A stretch of DNA of 63,533 bases, the filler included, from Stramenopiles sp. TOSAG23-3 (lineage: Eukaryota), in assembly GCA_900128585.1 (NCBI GenBank). It is 13 parts of 13 records of this genome, joined end to end, with 100 filler letters (N's around TTAATTAATTAA, not from the genome) between each part and the next. Parts side by side here need not be neighbours in the genome. Positions count along the whole stretch, not along the records: positions 49,000 to 53,781 come from LT643706.1; positions 53,882 to 58,660 come from LT643707.1; positions 58,761 to 63,533 come from LT643708.1; 10 more parts are not named here. One strand, given 5' to 3'. Shown here in pieces: positions 51,000-62,359 of this stretch; positions within the stretch are counted from its first letter, which is position 1; the number at the start of each line of letters is the position of its first letter. The notes under the pieces are model-generated. The model ran no database searches and was not told the origin of the DNA. It saw nothing but the letters and a program-made list of their open reading frames with translations. Position numbers and translations under genes: made by a program.

Positions 51000-53282
51000 T
51001 CAAAGGGTCAGGTCCGTGGGGTCAGCGGCACCGAGGCCAGAGACCGGCCGGACCATAGGGGAGAACAGCAGGGCCTGCTTCGAGGAGTGCAGGCCTTTGT
51101 TGCGCTGCTTGCTAATTTCACCAAACACGGACGGCTTCCCCATTCCCGCCGACGTGCCAGCAGCAGCGGCAAGGACAGAGCTCTGAAACAGGTTGCGGAC
51201 GGAGACCGGGGGGGCACCGCCGGTGCTGCCCCCGGCCATGCTTTCTTTGGACACCCGTCGCCGTTTCACGGCGGGCGACTTCCCCGCCCTCTTCTCGTTC
51301 CCCTTCGGCTTTCGCGACGCTCCGGAGAGGACGCTCGATGGGAACTTGCTGTTCGTGCGGGGCGTCGCGTGATTCCCGCCCGCAAACGCAGAGAGGGAGC
51401 CGTAGTCGTCCGGAAAGTTTTCGTACTCAAACAAGCCAGGAACCAAGCCTTCGTGCTCCCCCGGGAACAGGTTCGGGACGGGCTCGGACTGGTACCGGGT
51501 GTGCGGGGATGCCGTGATGGCGTTGGTGACGTCCAGGTCCGCGACGTTCAGGGACAGCTGCCCCATCGGGGACATGGGCATGACGGGCTCCAGCATGCTC
51601 ATTTGGCCCAAAGGCGTGACGTTTATACTGTCGACCGCCACGTCCCCTATGCTCCCAAAGCTCGCAGCGCTGAGCGGCCGCGGCGTGCTGGAGTCAAAGT
51701 TGGGCAGGCCGTGCTGCAGGTCGATGCTGCTTGCCTGCCCGCCCCCGCCGTCCCCCCAGTGGGTGGACGACGACTGCGAGTACGCGGAGGCGTGGCTCGC
51801 GCGGCTGCTCGGGTAGTCCTCTTCGCTTTGCTGGCTGCTGGCCGTGCTCATGCGCTCTTCGTGATCGCCCATGCTGCTGTCGGGGACTACGAGGAGGAGG
51901 GGCTTGCTCGACCGCCGCATTTTCCGTTTCTGGGGCTTTCCCATGCTCTTCTTGCTCGCCGCAGCCGACGGGTCGCGCCAGGCGGTGGTCGGGCGGACCG
52001 CCGCCGCCCCGCCCCGCTGCTTTGCTTTCGACTTGCCCCCCGCCCTCTTTCGGGCCGCTTGCTTGGGGGAACGGGATGCGGAGGACGCGGGAGAACGTTT
52101 GCCGGGGGCCTTCTTCCGCACGGGGCTGCCCCCCGGCTGCGCGTCGCCTTTGTTCACGCGGTCCAGCTTGCACCGCGCCGGGTGGCGGTTGGGCTTGCTG
52201 CAGTGGGGGTGCCGCTGGCAGCGCTCGAACCCGAGCATCAGCTTCGTCGGGTCGATTCGAAGCAGGGTCTCCCTCGCCGCTTTCTCCTCCTCCTCCCTCA
52301 GCGACTGCATTCCTTTACTAATGTTGCTGCGCCCGAACGCATTGTTCAGGGCACCCTTGCTGCCCGGACCGTCCCCCGCCGCCGCCGCCGCACCGCCGAC
52401 ACCAGGGATGGTGATCCCCGCAGACGCCGCCCTTCGTTTGCACAGGGGGCAAAAAAAACTCCCAACGGCTTCTACAATCTTTCGGGACGTGCCCACGCAC
52501 CGGGGATGGTACTTTCGCCCGCACCCAATGACCCGGGTGGCCGACGGCACGTATCCTTCCCCCCTCTCCCAGCCACACTGTATGAAGGTGCGGTCCGGGT
52601 TTTCGGGCTGCACGCATAAACACAAAAACGAAACCTTGTTATAATTTACAAACACGTGCTTGTCTACGTTGTACGTGACACGGCAAAAATAGACCTGCTT
52701 GTTCTTTCGCTTGCTTCGCACCGGTTTCAAACTCTTGAGCCCGACCACTAGCACCTTTTCCTTTATCTGAGACGTGGGGATCGTGCACACGAAGTTCGTC
52801 ATAAAAATCTCCCGCCGCCCCATCCAAGGGAGCCTCCCACATTTCACCTGCTCCGGGGCAAAGTAGAGCCGGCAGGTATAGTCCCCGGCTCGTCCAACGC
52901 GGCCGGCCCCCTTGTCCCCGGCCGACCCGCCCCCCTCGATCAGGGCGACGCACCCGATGCCGCCCACGGCGACAAAGTCGCCCACCCTGTACCTGATATC
53001 CTCCACATCTTGGGCGTGGTTGGGCTTTTCATACAACAACGCTTCCTGTTCCGACAGCAAGTAGGGCTCGGCGTAGAGCCCCTGGGTAGATTTCCGGCTC
53101 GGAACACGCTTGAAAGGAATGTCTTCCGTTAATAGCAACGACTTTTCCGGTTGCTTTGGCTTTGTGGAGGAGTTCCCGACGTCGACACTACTGCCTTGGG
53201 AAGGACGGGAGGGCGCGGATGCGGGCGCGGGCGCGGGCGCGGGCGCTTGCCCAAGTGCACTGCCCGTCGCCAGCTGCTCCAT
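51000..53282 (-). CDS. BAH + PHD-finger chromatin protein (EBS/SHL-like module) with long disordered C-terminus
   Basis: YRVGDFV...YFAPEQ...REIFMT...YFCRVTYN (BAH) and CLC.QPENPDRTFIQC...YHPRCVG...FFCPLC (PHD). Confidence 0.85.
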   Translation of the reverse strand: MEQLATGSALGQAPAPAPAPASAPSRPSQGSSVDVGNSSTKPKQPEKSLLLTEDIPFKRVPSRKSTQGLYAEPYLLSEQEALLYEKPNHAQDVEDIRYRVGDFVAVGGIGCVALIEGGGSAGDKGAGRVGRAGDYTCRLYFAPEQVKCGRLPWMGRREIFMTNFVCTIPTSQIKEKVLVVGLKSLKPVRSKRKNKQVYFCRVTYNVDKHVFVNYNKVSFLCLCVQPENPDRTFIQCGWERGEGYVPSATRVIGCGRKYHPRCVGTSRKIVEAVGSFFCPLCKRRAASAGITIPGVGGAAAAAGDGPGSKGALNNAFGRSNISKGMQSLREEEEKAARETLLRIDPTKLMLGFERCQRHPHCSKPNRHPARCKLDRVNKGDAQPGGSPVRKKAPGKRSPASSASRSPKQAARKRAGGKSKAKQRGGAAAVRPTTAWRDPSAAASKKSMGKPQKRKMRRSSKPLLLVVPDSSMGDHEERMSTASSQQSEEDYPSSRASHASAYSQSSSTHWGDGGGGQASSIDLQHGLPNFDSSTPRPLSAASFGSIGDVAVDSINVTPLGQMSMLEPVMPMSPMGQLSLNVADLDVTNAITASPHTRYQSEPVPNLFPGEHEGLVPGLFEYENFPDDYGSLSAFAGGNHATPRTNSKFPSSVLSGASRKPKGNEKRAGKSPAVKRRRVSKESMAGGSTGGAPPVSVRNLFQSSVLAAAAGTSAGMGKPSVFGEISKQRNKGLHSSKQALLFSPMVRPVSGLGAADPTDLTL

Positions 53283-53882
53283 AAGTTTTCACAAGATTTA
53301 GCCGTTTGCCTGTTCCCTCGTTCGGCAAGTGGTCCGTTTGCCCGTTCACTCGTTCAGTCCTGCTCTTCTATGATAAAAAGAAGTGCAGAAGGAAGAAAGG
53401 AATCGTTCGTTAATTTATTATATATATCTTTGACATAGAAACCTCAATTCCTCTTAAAATTATTCGTTCCTTCATTCCCCTCTTTCTTGCTTTCTTTCTA
53501 ACTTACACTATACATTCAATTCTCCAACACTTTGCCCATCACTTCCAAGCTTCGCTGGGAATCATTATTGGATTATTATTATGAGAGAGATAGAAAGAAG
53601 AAGATAGAAGATCGATCACATTTCTTCTTCTTTTTTTTCTTTCTTCTTTTTTCTTCTTCTTCTATAAGGAACACAACAAGAACAACAACAACAAGAACCA
53701 CACTTCTTCTTCCCGAAAAAAAAAAAAAATAAAAAAAATAAAAATTTATTAAAATATTCTTCTTTTTGTTTAATTATTTATNNNNNNNNNNNNNNNNNNN
53801 NNNNNNNNNNNNNNNNNNNNNNNNNTTAATTAATTAANNNNNNNNNNNNNNNNNNNNNNNNNNNNNNNNNNNNNNNNNNNNA

Positions 53883-55733
53883 ATCAACCGGTTGAGCAAC
53901 TTGGAGCCGACGTGGATCGACGTTACGTGGGGGGCCGGTGGAAAGACGGGGGAGCTGACCCTGGACATTGCCGTCAACGCCCAAAAGTACTGCGGGGTGG
54001 ATGTGCTGATGCACCTGACGTGCACGGGCATGACAAAGGAGAAGCTTAGAAAGGTCCTCCAGCAGGCGAAAGACCAAGGGATACAGAACATCCTTGCGCT
54101 TCGGGGGGACAAGAGTCGGGGAACGCACAAGTGGACGCAGTGCGAGGGTGGGTGCAACGGGGCGAAGGAGTTGGTGGAGTTCATTCGGGCAGAGTTCGGG
54201 GACCACTTCTGCATCGCCGTCGCGGGGTACCCGGAGGGGTGGGATGGCGAAGAGGGGTACAAGAAGGACGTTGACTGGCTGAAACAGAAGGTCGACGCCG
54301 GGGCGGACTTTGTGATCACCCAGCTGTTCTACCGGGCCGAAGCGTACAAAACGTTCCTTGCCGACTGCAAGAGCGCCGGGATCGACGTTCCGATCATCCC
54401 GGGAATCATGCCGATCCAAAGCTACCACGCCTTTCAGACCATGACGACGTACTGCAAGTGTACGGTGCCACCGAGCTTGACGGACAAGCTGGTCGCCACA
54501 AAAGACAACGACGAGGCGACGCGAAAAGTTGGAATCGAAGAGGTCACGAAGATCTGCAACGCCTGCTTGGAGGCCGGCGCCCCCGGGCTTCACTTTTACA
54601 CGCTTAACCTGGAGCGGTCCGTGCGGGAGATCATTGGGAACGTGAACCTTGGCGCGGGGGAGGAGGGCCCGGCAAAGACACCTTTGGAGGCACCGGCCGC
54701 GCCATCGTCCCAACAACTGACGCCGGAAGCCCCGTCCCCGACCCTGTCCGCTGCCGAAGGCAAGGCGTGGTACGACGGGGCGGCGAAGAAGAACGAAAAC
54801 TTGATCGAACGGGCGGCGACGCGGCGGAAGTTCCCGTGGCGAGCGTCCGCGCTGTCGAACCGGGCCGACGAGAGCGTTCGCCCAATCTTCTGGGCAAACC
54901 GGCCAAAGAGTTACATGGCACGGACGGAGACATGGGACGAGTACCCCAACGGGAGGTGGGGGGACGCCAACAGTCCAGCGTTTGGGGACTTGGCGGAGAC
55001 CCATTTTTTTCACTTTAACTCGGGCTCGAAGGCCGAGCGGAAGGCGCAGTGGAACGAAGCCCCCCTCTCCGCGGCGGACGTGAACGAAGTGTTCGCACAG
55101 TACGTGGAGGGAAAGGTGACACGGTTGCCGTGGTGCACGGAGGCGTTGCAGTTGGAGACCGGGCCAATTTTGAACCGACTGGCCAACTTGAATCGCCATG
55201 GGTTCTTGACGATCAACAGCCAACCGTCCATCAACGCGGTCGAATCGACGGACCCAGTGTTTGGGTGGGGCGGGGCCGGGGGGCGGATCTACCAAAAGGC
55301 GTACATTGAGTTCTTCGTGTCTCCTAGAAAGTTGGGAAAGTTCATGTCTACCATTGCAGAGAACAAGAAGAACACGTTAACGTACCACGCGATCGATATT
55401 GCCGGGAACTCCTACACAAACTGCCAGACGGGCGCGGCGTGTGCGGTTACGTGGGGGATTTTCCCAGGGCGCGAAGCCATTCAACCGACCGTCGTCGACC
55501 CCGAAGCATTTGCCGTCTGGAAGGACGAAGCATTTTCGCTTTGGCTCAGCGAATGGGCGTCCCTGTACAACGACGAATCGAAGTCCTCGGAACTGATCCA
55601 TGAAATTTACAAATCGTACTATTTGGTCAACATTGTCGACAACAATTTTATCAACGGAGATATATTTGAAATTTTCGAACAATTGATTGCAAACGATGGA
55701 GGTGAGAGTGAGAGCAGCACTACCAGTGTGTAA
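53883..55733 (+). CDS. MTHFR: Methylenetetrahydrofolate reductase, eukaryotic type with regulatory domain (5'-partial)
   Basis: DVTWGAGG, MHLTC, NILALRGD, VAGYPE, ITQLFY, HFYTLNLE, VRPIFWANRPKSY..RT..WDEYPNGRWGD. Confidence 0.97.
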   Translation: MNRLSNLEPTWIDVTWGAGGKTGELTLDIAVNAQKYCGVDVLMHLTCTGMTKEKLRKVLQQAKDQGIQNILALRGDKSRGTHKWTQCEGGCNGAKELVEFIRAEFGDHFCIAVAGYPEGWDGEEGYKKDVDWLKQKVDAGADFVITQLFYRAEAYKTFLADCKSAGIDVPIIPGIMPIQSYHAFQTMTTYCKCTVPPSLTDKLVATKDNDEATRKVGIEEVTKICNACLEAGAPGLHFYTLNLERSVREIIGNVNLGAGEEGPAKTPLEAPAAPSSQQLTPEAPSPTLSAAEGKAWYDGAAKKNENLIERAATRRKFPWRASALSNRADESVRPIFWANRPKSYMARTETWDEYPNGRWGDANSPAFGDLAETHFFHFNSGSKAERKAQWNEAPLSAADVNEVFAQYVEGKVTRLPWCTEALQLETGPILNRLANLNRHGFLTINSQPSINAVESTDPVFGWGGAGGRIYQKAYIEFFVSPRKLGKFMSTIAENKKNTLTYHAIDIAGNSYTNCQTGAACAVTWGIFPGREAIQPTVVDPEAFAVWKDEAFSLWLSEWASLYNDESKSSELIHEIYKSYYLVNIVDNNFINGDIFEIFEQLIANDGGESESSTTSV

Positions 55734-56059
55734 TTATTTGTTGTTTTGCTTAAGTAGAAATAAAACATAGAAAGAAATTGTGACAGTCTAACCTATTATA
55801 TAACCTCTAAAAAAGCCCCTTCTTCTTCTCTTAAATTATAATTTTTGTTGAAAAAGTAAGATATTTAGAGAACCCCGACGAACCAATTATCATACCGTTT
55901 TACAATAACTATTGTTCGTTTCATGGTTTCCCATGCCAAATAGTTTTAAAACAGGCGAGGCAATTCAAACCTAGACCGCACGGTAATTTGAGCGCCGTTC
56001 CTTCTTCTCATCACCCGTCCCAGTAGTCGTCGTTTTGATTTGATATTGTTATTATCGCC

Positions 56060-56875
56060 ATGCCGTACCTTACGACCTCAGACAACGTCAGAATATACTA
56101 CGAGGACGTTGGTGGGCTGGGGACCCCTGTCGTGTTTACTCATGGGTTTGGAAGTGGTTCAAGGTTGTGGCGGTATCAAGTCCCTGCGTTAAAAGCTGCC
56201 GGTTACCGTCCGATCATTTGGGATATGAGGGGGCATGCAAAGAGCGATAGCCCAGCGGACGCGAGGCTCTACAGCAAGATGAAGCAAGTCAGTGATCTCA
56301 AGGCCGTGTGCGACGCCTGCGGCGTTCGTCGGGCAGTTTTCGTGGGCCATTCCATGGGAGGGTACGACATGATGCTGTTTCAACTAAAGTACCCATCGTA
56401 CGTTGCAGCGTGGGTCTTGTACGCAACTGGGCCAGGATTCTCGAAAGAAAAGGGATGGAGCAATTGGAACAAATCGGCCGCAAGAATGGCAAAGAAGTAC
56501 CAGGACAAAGGCTTGGGCGCGCTCGTGGGGTCCGATAAAGCCATGGGGCACACCGACGCGAAAGGGTTGGAACACGCTTTGCGGGGGAATTACACCCAGC
56601 GAAGGGACGATGAATTTTACATGGAGTTTGAAGAGGGTCCGTTGGTTGCGGCAAAACGGATTACATCGTTCTCCACGGTCCCGACGGCGATCGTTGTCGG
56701 AAGTCGCGACAAAGGGTTTGGCCGTGCCTGCGACATGATGCACGCAAAGATTCAAGGTTCAGTCCTGATGAAAATTCCAAACGCTGGTCACATGGCCGCA
56801 GAGAAAAACCCGAAAGAGTTCAACGTGATTTTGCTTTCGGCCCTTAATCATTTCTTTGCCACCGCGAAACTTTAA
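56060..56875 (+). CDS. Alpha/beta hydrolase (enol-lactonase/MenH-like)
   Basis: HGF oxyanion motif, WDMRGH, GHSMGG nucleophile, VGSRD, AGH. Confidence 0.9.
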   Translation: MPYLTTSDNVRIYYEDVGGLGTPVVFTHGFGSGSRLWRYQVPALKAAGYRPIIWDMRGHAKSDSPADARLYSKMKQVSDLKAVCDACGVRRAVFVGHSMGGYDMMLFQLKYPSYVAAWVLYATGPGFSKEKGWSNWNKSAARMAKKYQDKGLGALVGSDKAMGHTDAKGLEHALRGNYTQRRDDEFYMEFEEGPLVAAKRITSFSTVPTAIVVGSRDKGFGRACDMMHAKIQGSVLMKIPNAGHMAAEKNPKEFNVILLSALNHFFATAKL

Positions 56876-57093
56876 AGGGAGCAACGAACGGGATGTAGAG
56901 CACTGGTGGGGATGGTTTTAAAATTTAGAAGCCCGGCATCTTTTCAATAATAAATGAAGTCTTTAATAATTTATTACTTTTGTGTAAAAGCCTTGTTCGG
57001 GTTTTAAGATGAAACCCTTTCGTCCTTCTCTCCCTCCCGCCACCCCCTCGTTCTCTCTCCTATTTACAAATTTGTGCGACGTTTTCGTTCGAA

Positions 57094-58374
57094 CTACTTT
57101 GCCATGGCGGCCAACGTCGCCACTAACTGTTCCTGTTCGGCCGGGGTCAAACGCTTCGCATGGTCAATTATTTGAGCGACGGTCATCATGGCTCCCGAGG
57201 CAATGAATGTGCTGTAGTAGAGGTGCACGAAGCAGCACATGATGAACTGGCAATCCATCCTATCAACAACCCCACCATGCCCGGGAAAGATATTGTTGAA
57301 ATCTTTGATTCCAGTGGCACGCTTGATCCCGCTAGCGAGGAATCCGCCGAACGGGGCCACCAAGCTTGCGAACATCGCAATGCAGACCGCGTGGACTTGG
57401 ATCGGGAAATGCGTCCTTCCGCCCGGGCCGTTTGGGGTGGAAAACAAATCGTAGTGTCTGCACTCTGCGCCGTTCATACCTTTCTGTACTTCCAGGTACG
57501 AGCACCCAAACATCCTTCCGAGCGTGGGCGCGCTGTAGTACGCCCAGACCAGGGTCAGAACGAGCGCCCCAAGGAACCCTTCCCACGTCTTGTTCGGGCT
57601 CAGGCTCAAGAAGGTGGCGTTCTTGAACAGTTTACGGCCGAGGGTGATGCCGGCAAAATACGCAGACACGTCGTTCACGACGACGGAGAGGAAGGGGAAC
57701 ACGAACCAAAACAGACCGTTGTAAATGTTGAACACCAACGTTTTCATCTGAAGAACGACCAGGAGGAGGACGGCGATCGTCCACACGAACTGGGTGATCT
57801 GGTAATCGTACAGTCCTTGCTTCAAACTCAGGACGGACAGGATGAACACCGCGACGAAGAGCCCGAACGAGAAGAACTCGAAAAAAACGAGGTGGTTGCC
57901 TTGCTCCGCCCCAACGACGTTTTCAAACACCGCTTTGTCAAACCCCATCGGGGCTTTCAACCACGAACTGCCATGAGCGTACAACATCGCAACCGTAAAC
58001 CACGCCCACTGCAAGCTGCGAAACCAGGGCATGTCTCTTTCCTTCGCTTCTTTGTACCGAAGGTTTACCAGTTCGCTGAACGCTTGCGTTTGAAGGCATA
58101 TAAGGACAAAGCAAACGGCGACGTGCCCGGCCTTTAGCATCGCTACGAATGCGAAGAACATTACCAATGCCGTCATGGACCGAGTTATCATTTTCTGAAG
58201 TTTCGACGGCCGAGTTGTTGTGGTTGTTGCCGCCGTCGTTGTCTTCGTCGACAACTCTTCCCGACGAGGAGACTCTATTTTTGTACTACTATTCCTGCTG
58301 CTAGTGATAGTCCGTGACGACGGTCGCGAGGTTCCACGGGAAAGACGACGGCTCTTCGGTGTTGTTAATGGCAT
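57094..58374 (-). CDS. CDS1: Phosphatidate cytidylyltransferase (CDP-diacylglycerol synthase), eukaryotic type
   Basis: LSPNKTWEGF, APFGGFLASGIKRA..IKDF...PGHGGVVDRMDCQ. Start placed at 58374 (MPLTTPK); the upstream ATG at 58503 lies in AT-rich sequence. Confidence 0.95.
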   Translation of the reverse strand: MPLTTPKSRRLSRGTSRPSSRTITSSRNSSTKIESPRREELSTKTTTAATTTTTRPSKLQKMITRSMTALVMFFAFVAMLKAGHVAVCFVLICLQTQAFSELVNLRYKEAKERDMPWFRSLQWAWFTVAMLYAHGSSWLKAPMGFDKAVFENVVGAEQGNHLVFFEFFSFGLFVAVFILSVLSLKQGLYDYQITQFVWTIAVLLLVVLQMKTLVFNIYNGLFWFVFPFLSVVVNDVSAYFAGITLGRKLFKNATFLSLSPNKTWEGFLGALVLTLVWAYYSAPTLGRMFGCSYLEVQKGMNGAECRHYDLFSTPNGPGGRTHFPIQVHAVCIAMFASLVAPFGGFLASGIKRATGIKDFNNIFPGHGGVVDRMDCQFIMCCFVHLYYSTFIASGAMMTVAQIIDHAKRLTPAEQEQLVATLAAMAK

Positions 58375-58760
58375 TATAATATAAAGTAGACGACCGCGTG
58401 ATAAAGTATTAATGGCTTTTTTTCTCTTTCCTTTTCTTTTGGTTCCTTTTGATTCTCTTGGTTCTCTTTTTCTTTCTTTTCTAAACAATACTTTCCATAC
58501 CATAGTTCCAAGATCTAACTATCTCCATAATCAATTTTTGATATAGAAAGGTTAATTTATTCAATCAAGTGGTGGGTGTCATCTGCTGTGATGATGTAAT
58601 ACATGGTATGCATTGTATTCTATGCTGTGATTATGTATACTTCGTATAGTTCTTTCGTTTNNNNNNNNNNNNNNNNNNNNNNNNNNNNNNNNNNNNNNNN
58701 NNNNTTAATTAATTAANNNNNNNNNNNNNNNNNNNNNNNNNNNNNNNNNNNNNNNNNNNN

Positions 58761-60627
58761 TCAAAGGAAGAAGAAGACGATCTCCGGGTAAAGTTGAGCG
58801 CTTTGGACATTGAGGCGATCTTTGAGAGCGGGCGAAACCTGTCGATGATAACATTTAGTGACATTGTGTACCGCCATTTAACAGACGGGGAAATAGCGCA
58901 TATTTTTCAGGTCATTGATACCGACGAAAGTGGGTGTATTTCCAAGACCGAGCTGTTGGACTACATAACTGACGATGGGGACATGGACATTGACACGATC
59001 CAGGACAAACACGACGATTTATGCGACAAGCAAGACAATACTGTCGAATCTATGGAGACCATGGGCACGGCGCTTATGAAGGTAAAGATTATGCTCAGTT
59101 ACATGCAGTGCATGACCTTTCTCCCGGTCGTGTTTGAGCTGCCGTTTCCGCCTGTCCTAGAAACAATGTTGGCGCTGCTCGAAATATCTTCGCTGGACAT
59201 TTACGTCTTTTTCGGTGAACTGTCGTGCCACATGCAAACCACGTTTGAACAAAAGTTTGTCTTTCACATGCTGCTCCTTCCAGTAATATGTGTCTGCACG
59301 GGATTAGTATGGAAAGTTGTCATGTTCCGTAAAGCGCACTGCAAAAAGTTTCCGGCGCTTTTTACTCAAGAGAGCATGCGGTCGCGACTGAACGGTTTCG
59401 GCTCGATCCTTTCGTTTGGGGTGTACGCGGGACTGTCGACAAAGATCTTTCGTTTGTTCAAGTGCCGTCAGATTGGCCAGCACTTCTACTTGATGGCCGA
59501 CTACAGCCTAATGTGTTACGAAGGTCGCTGGTGGAATTACGGCGGTGTGGCCATTGCCGGCATGCTCTTGTATGTTGTCGGCATTCCAATCGTACAGTTC
59601 ATCATCCTTTGGAAGCACCGTGCACACCTGTACGAGGACTCGTCCCTCGACGATAAGGCCCATCGGCAGGTGAAGAAACAGTACGGCTCGCTGTACCTTC
59701 ATTTCAGAGAGGATTGCTACTACTACGAACTGGTAAATATGTTTCGCAAACTGATGCTGACGGGGGGGGTTGATCTTGGTCGGAGAACATTCTACGGTCC
59801 AGGGGCTGCTGGGAATACTTGTCTGTGCCTTCTGGCTGCTTCTGGTGGCCGTTAAGTTTCCATACGCCGTATACTGGGACAACATGCTTGAAATTGCGCT
59901 CTCCTTCGGGCTCATGATGACGTTGCTTAGCGGACTCGCGCTGGAAATGTTTCGATTGCAGGAATTCGATGGCAACGAGCAGATTGTGTTTGACGTCCTG
60001 CTTGTATTAATGCTTTTGTTTGGCCTTTTCGCGGGGTGTTTCGCGCTGGCAACGACGCTCCCATTTTGCCGGCCATACGCTGCCAAACTCTTGTTTTGGA
60101 ACACAAAAGGGACCGCACGAAGGTTCTTGAACGGGTGGGTCAAGAAGAACTTGATCTTTGCAAAATGGTTGTCGGTGGAAGAGCTGAAGAGGATGCTGCG
60201 GTCTACTGAAGGAACGTTAAAGAAGATGGCCAAAGAGAAAGCGGAAAACACCCACAAAGAGCGGCGTTTGTCCAGGAAAATCTACCCCTCCAGAAAGGAC
60301 ACGGTATCGCTCGATATCATGATTCGAACAAAACGATTGGTAAGGCGGCGGACAAAAATTCTTAGGGTGAGAAAAGCCCTTCTCCCCGCAGCCCGAAAAC
60401 GCGCCAAACCGTCGCTAAAATCGTATACGAGTATGTTGAGATCGCACATCGCGTCCAGGCGCAACCAGCGGAAGCTTCATAAAGAGGAAGTCGACAGGAT
60501 TCACGAAGATCGAAGCAGCAAAATGATTCACCTGAGAAAAAAGCAAGAGGAAGTCTTGCGGACAAAGGAGCAGAAAAGGCTACTCTTGGAGAAACGGATC
60601 GAATCGAGAAACAAAGCGAAGAAGTAA
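58761..60627 (+). CDS. EF-hand + TRP-C-like multi-pass membrane protein (5'-partial), with a +1 frameshift at G8 (59762-59769)
   Basis: DTDESGCISKTE EF-hand, KIMLSYMQ, YLMADYSLMC, YGSLY...YYELVNMFRK. Deleting one G joins the two ORFs as LMLTGGLILVG. Confidence 0.8.
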
Positions 60628-61005
60628 AAATGATTTTTTAAAAGAAATAGACTAAGAGTATATACAAGTACGTTTATTATCCTATCTAATTATAAACATC
60701 GCCGTCTTTTTTACTTTTGTCTGTTTTGATGAACCTGAATCATGAATCTGATGTTGTGTCCATGTTAAAATATTGACCGGCGGTGGTCTCCTCGTCGTTG
60801 AGGAGAGAGAGGAGACCCCCTCGCTCCATCCCCTTCCCAATCGATCAGAATAACCATGCGATTTCAACCAAAACAAAATGTATACGTAAAACATTATAAA
60901 AAATACCGCGTAGAAGAAAGAAATAGGTAAGCAAACGACATCCCATCCTGTCCTATTCAACGCTTTGTTTGTTCGATTTACAGGAAGAACTTCTTATTTT
61001 TGGAA

Positions 61006-62226
61006 ATGGGGTTGCCGAAGTACTTTACGATAGGCACCGTCCTTATCCTTGTGCTGGCGGTTGCGTTCCAGCAGTACCACTCGTACGTTGTGTCCGGAGC
61101 CCCAGACTATCCTGGCAGGCCCGTGAATATGCCCACGCTGATAATGCAGGGACTAGCAAATGCAAGGCGCAACCGAGAGATGCTCCAATACATCGAGAGC
61201 GACCTGCTACACCCGTACGACGACAACTTGGCGAAAGCAAAAACCGTGCTCCTGACGGGAGCAACGTCTGGCCTAGGGTTTGGGGTCGCCGTCCGGCTCA
61301 TTGCTGCCGGGCGGCTGAGGCTCATTTTGCCGGCCAGAAAGGCCAACGACGCGGCGTACGTTAAGGATTGGAAGAGTAGGCTGGAGTCGGGGGCGTTGGA
61401 CCTCCTGCTGTCGAACGGGAACGATCGCGAGCTTAGCGAAAGCCGGATCCGACGGGTCATGTCTCGTTTGAGAACACCACAGTTGGACCTTGCTTCGTTT
61501 GACTCGATCGAAAAGTGTGCCGAGGAAGTGGGGGCGTACTACGACGGCCAGCGCAGCATTACAATAGAAGTTTTGATCAACAATGCGGGGATGATATCGG
61601 TTTACGGTGGTAACACGGTGGACGGCTTTGAAAAGGCGCTCGGGATCAACTACATCGGCACTGCGTATTTCACTGAAAAGCTGAGAGAAGTGGGGGCATT
61701 TTCGGCGTGGGATCCCGTCTTCCACTTCCCACGCATCGTCATGGTGTCCTCGGAGGAGCACCGCTTTACGAAATCTTTTGATCTGTCCGGGACGACAAAT
61801 TTTGGGGACCCGTACGATTGGGGACCGATCGGAACCATGGGTGGATACGGTTACAGCAAGTTTGCCCTGACCACGTACTCGCACGAGCTGTCGCGCCGAT
61901 GGAAGGGAAAGGCCCGTGTGTACGACATTTGTCCTGGGCCGGTGGCAAGTGACATCGCAAGCTCCGCCCCGTGGCCCTTGAACCTGTTGGTGAAGCTGTG
62001 GATGGACGCGTCATTCATCCCGGCCATAGACGCCGCGCTGCCCGTAGTGTTCCTGGCCCTGTATCCCACTGACGAGCACGTAAACGCTGGCGAAGATCTC
62101 CCTGTACACTGGCACATGGCGGAGGCCAGGCAGGCGCTGGAGACGACCACTTTGGAAAGCACGGGGCAGTTTCTCTGGGAGTCGACGCGAAAAATATTCG
62201 AGAAGAAAGGGCCGCTGTCCCGTTGA
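61006..62226 (+). CDS. Short-chain dehydrogenase/reductase (retinol dehydrogenase/WWOX-like) with N-terminal membrane anchor
   Basis: TGATSGLG, LDLASFDSI, LINNAG, YGYSK, CPGPVAS. Confidence 0.92.
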   Translation: MGLPKYFTIGTVLILVLAVAFQQYHSYVVSGAPDYPGRPVNMPTLIMQGLANARRNREMLQYIESDLLHPYDDNLAKAKTVLLTGATSGLGFGVAVRLIAAGRLRLILPARKANDAAYVKDWKSRLESGALDLLLSNGNDRELSESRIRRVMSRLRTPQLDLASFDSIEKCAEEVGAYYDGQRSITIEVLINNAGMISVYGGNTVDGFEKALGINYIGTAYFTEKLREVGAFSAWDPVFHFPRIVMVSSEEHRFTKSFDLSGTTNFGDPYDWGPIGTMGGYGYSKFALTTYSHELSRRWKGKARVYDICPGPVASDIASSAPWPLNLLVKLWMDASFIPAIDAALPVVFLALYPTDEHVNAGEDLPVHWHMAEARQALETTTLESTGQFLWESTRKIFEKKGPLSR

Positions 62227-62359
62227 GTTTGATTCTAATTCGTACCTAGAACCGTACAAGTAAAGAACTAGAGGGTGCGTACGCCCCTCTTCCTTTAATG
62301 TTTAATGTGTAACATAGAAAATTTGTAAGCGTAACGTACATTTTAAGCTATACGGAATA

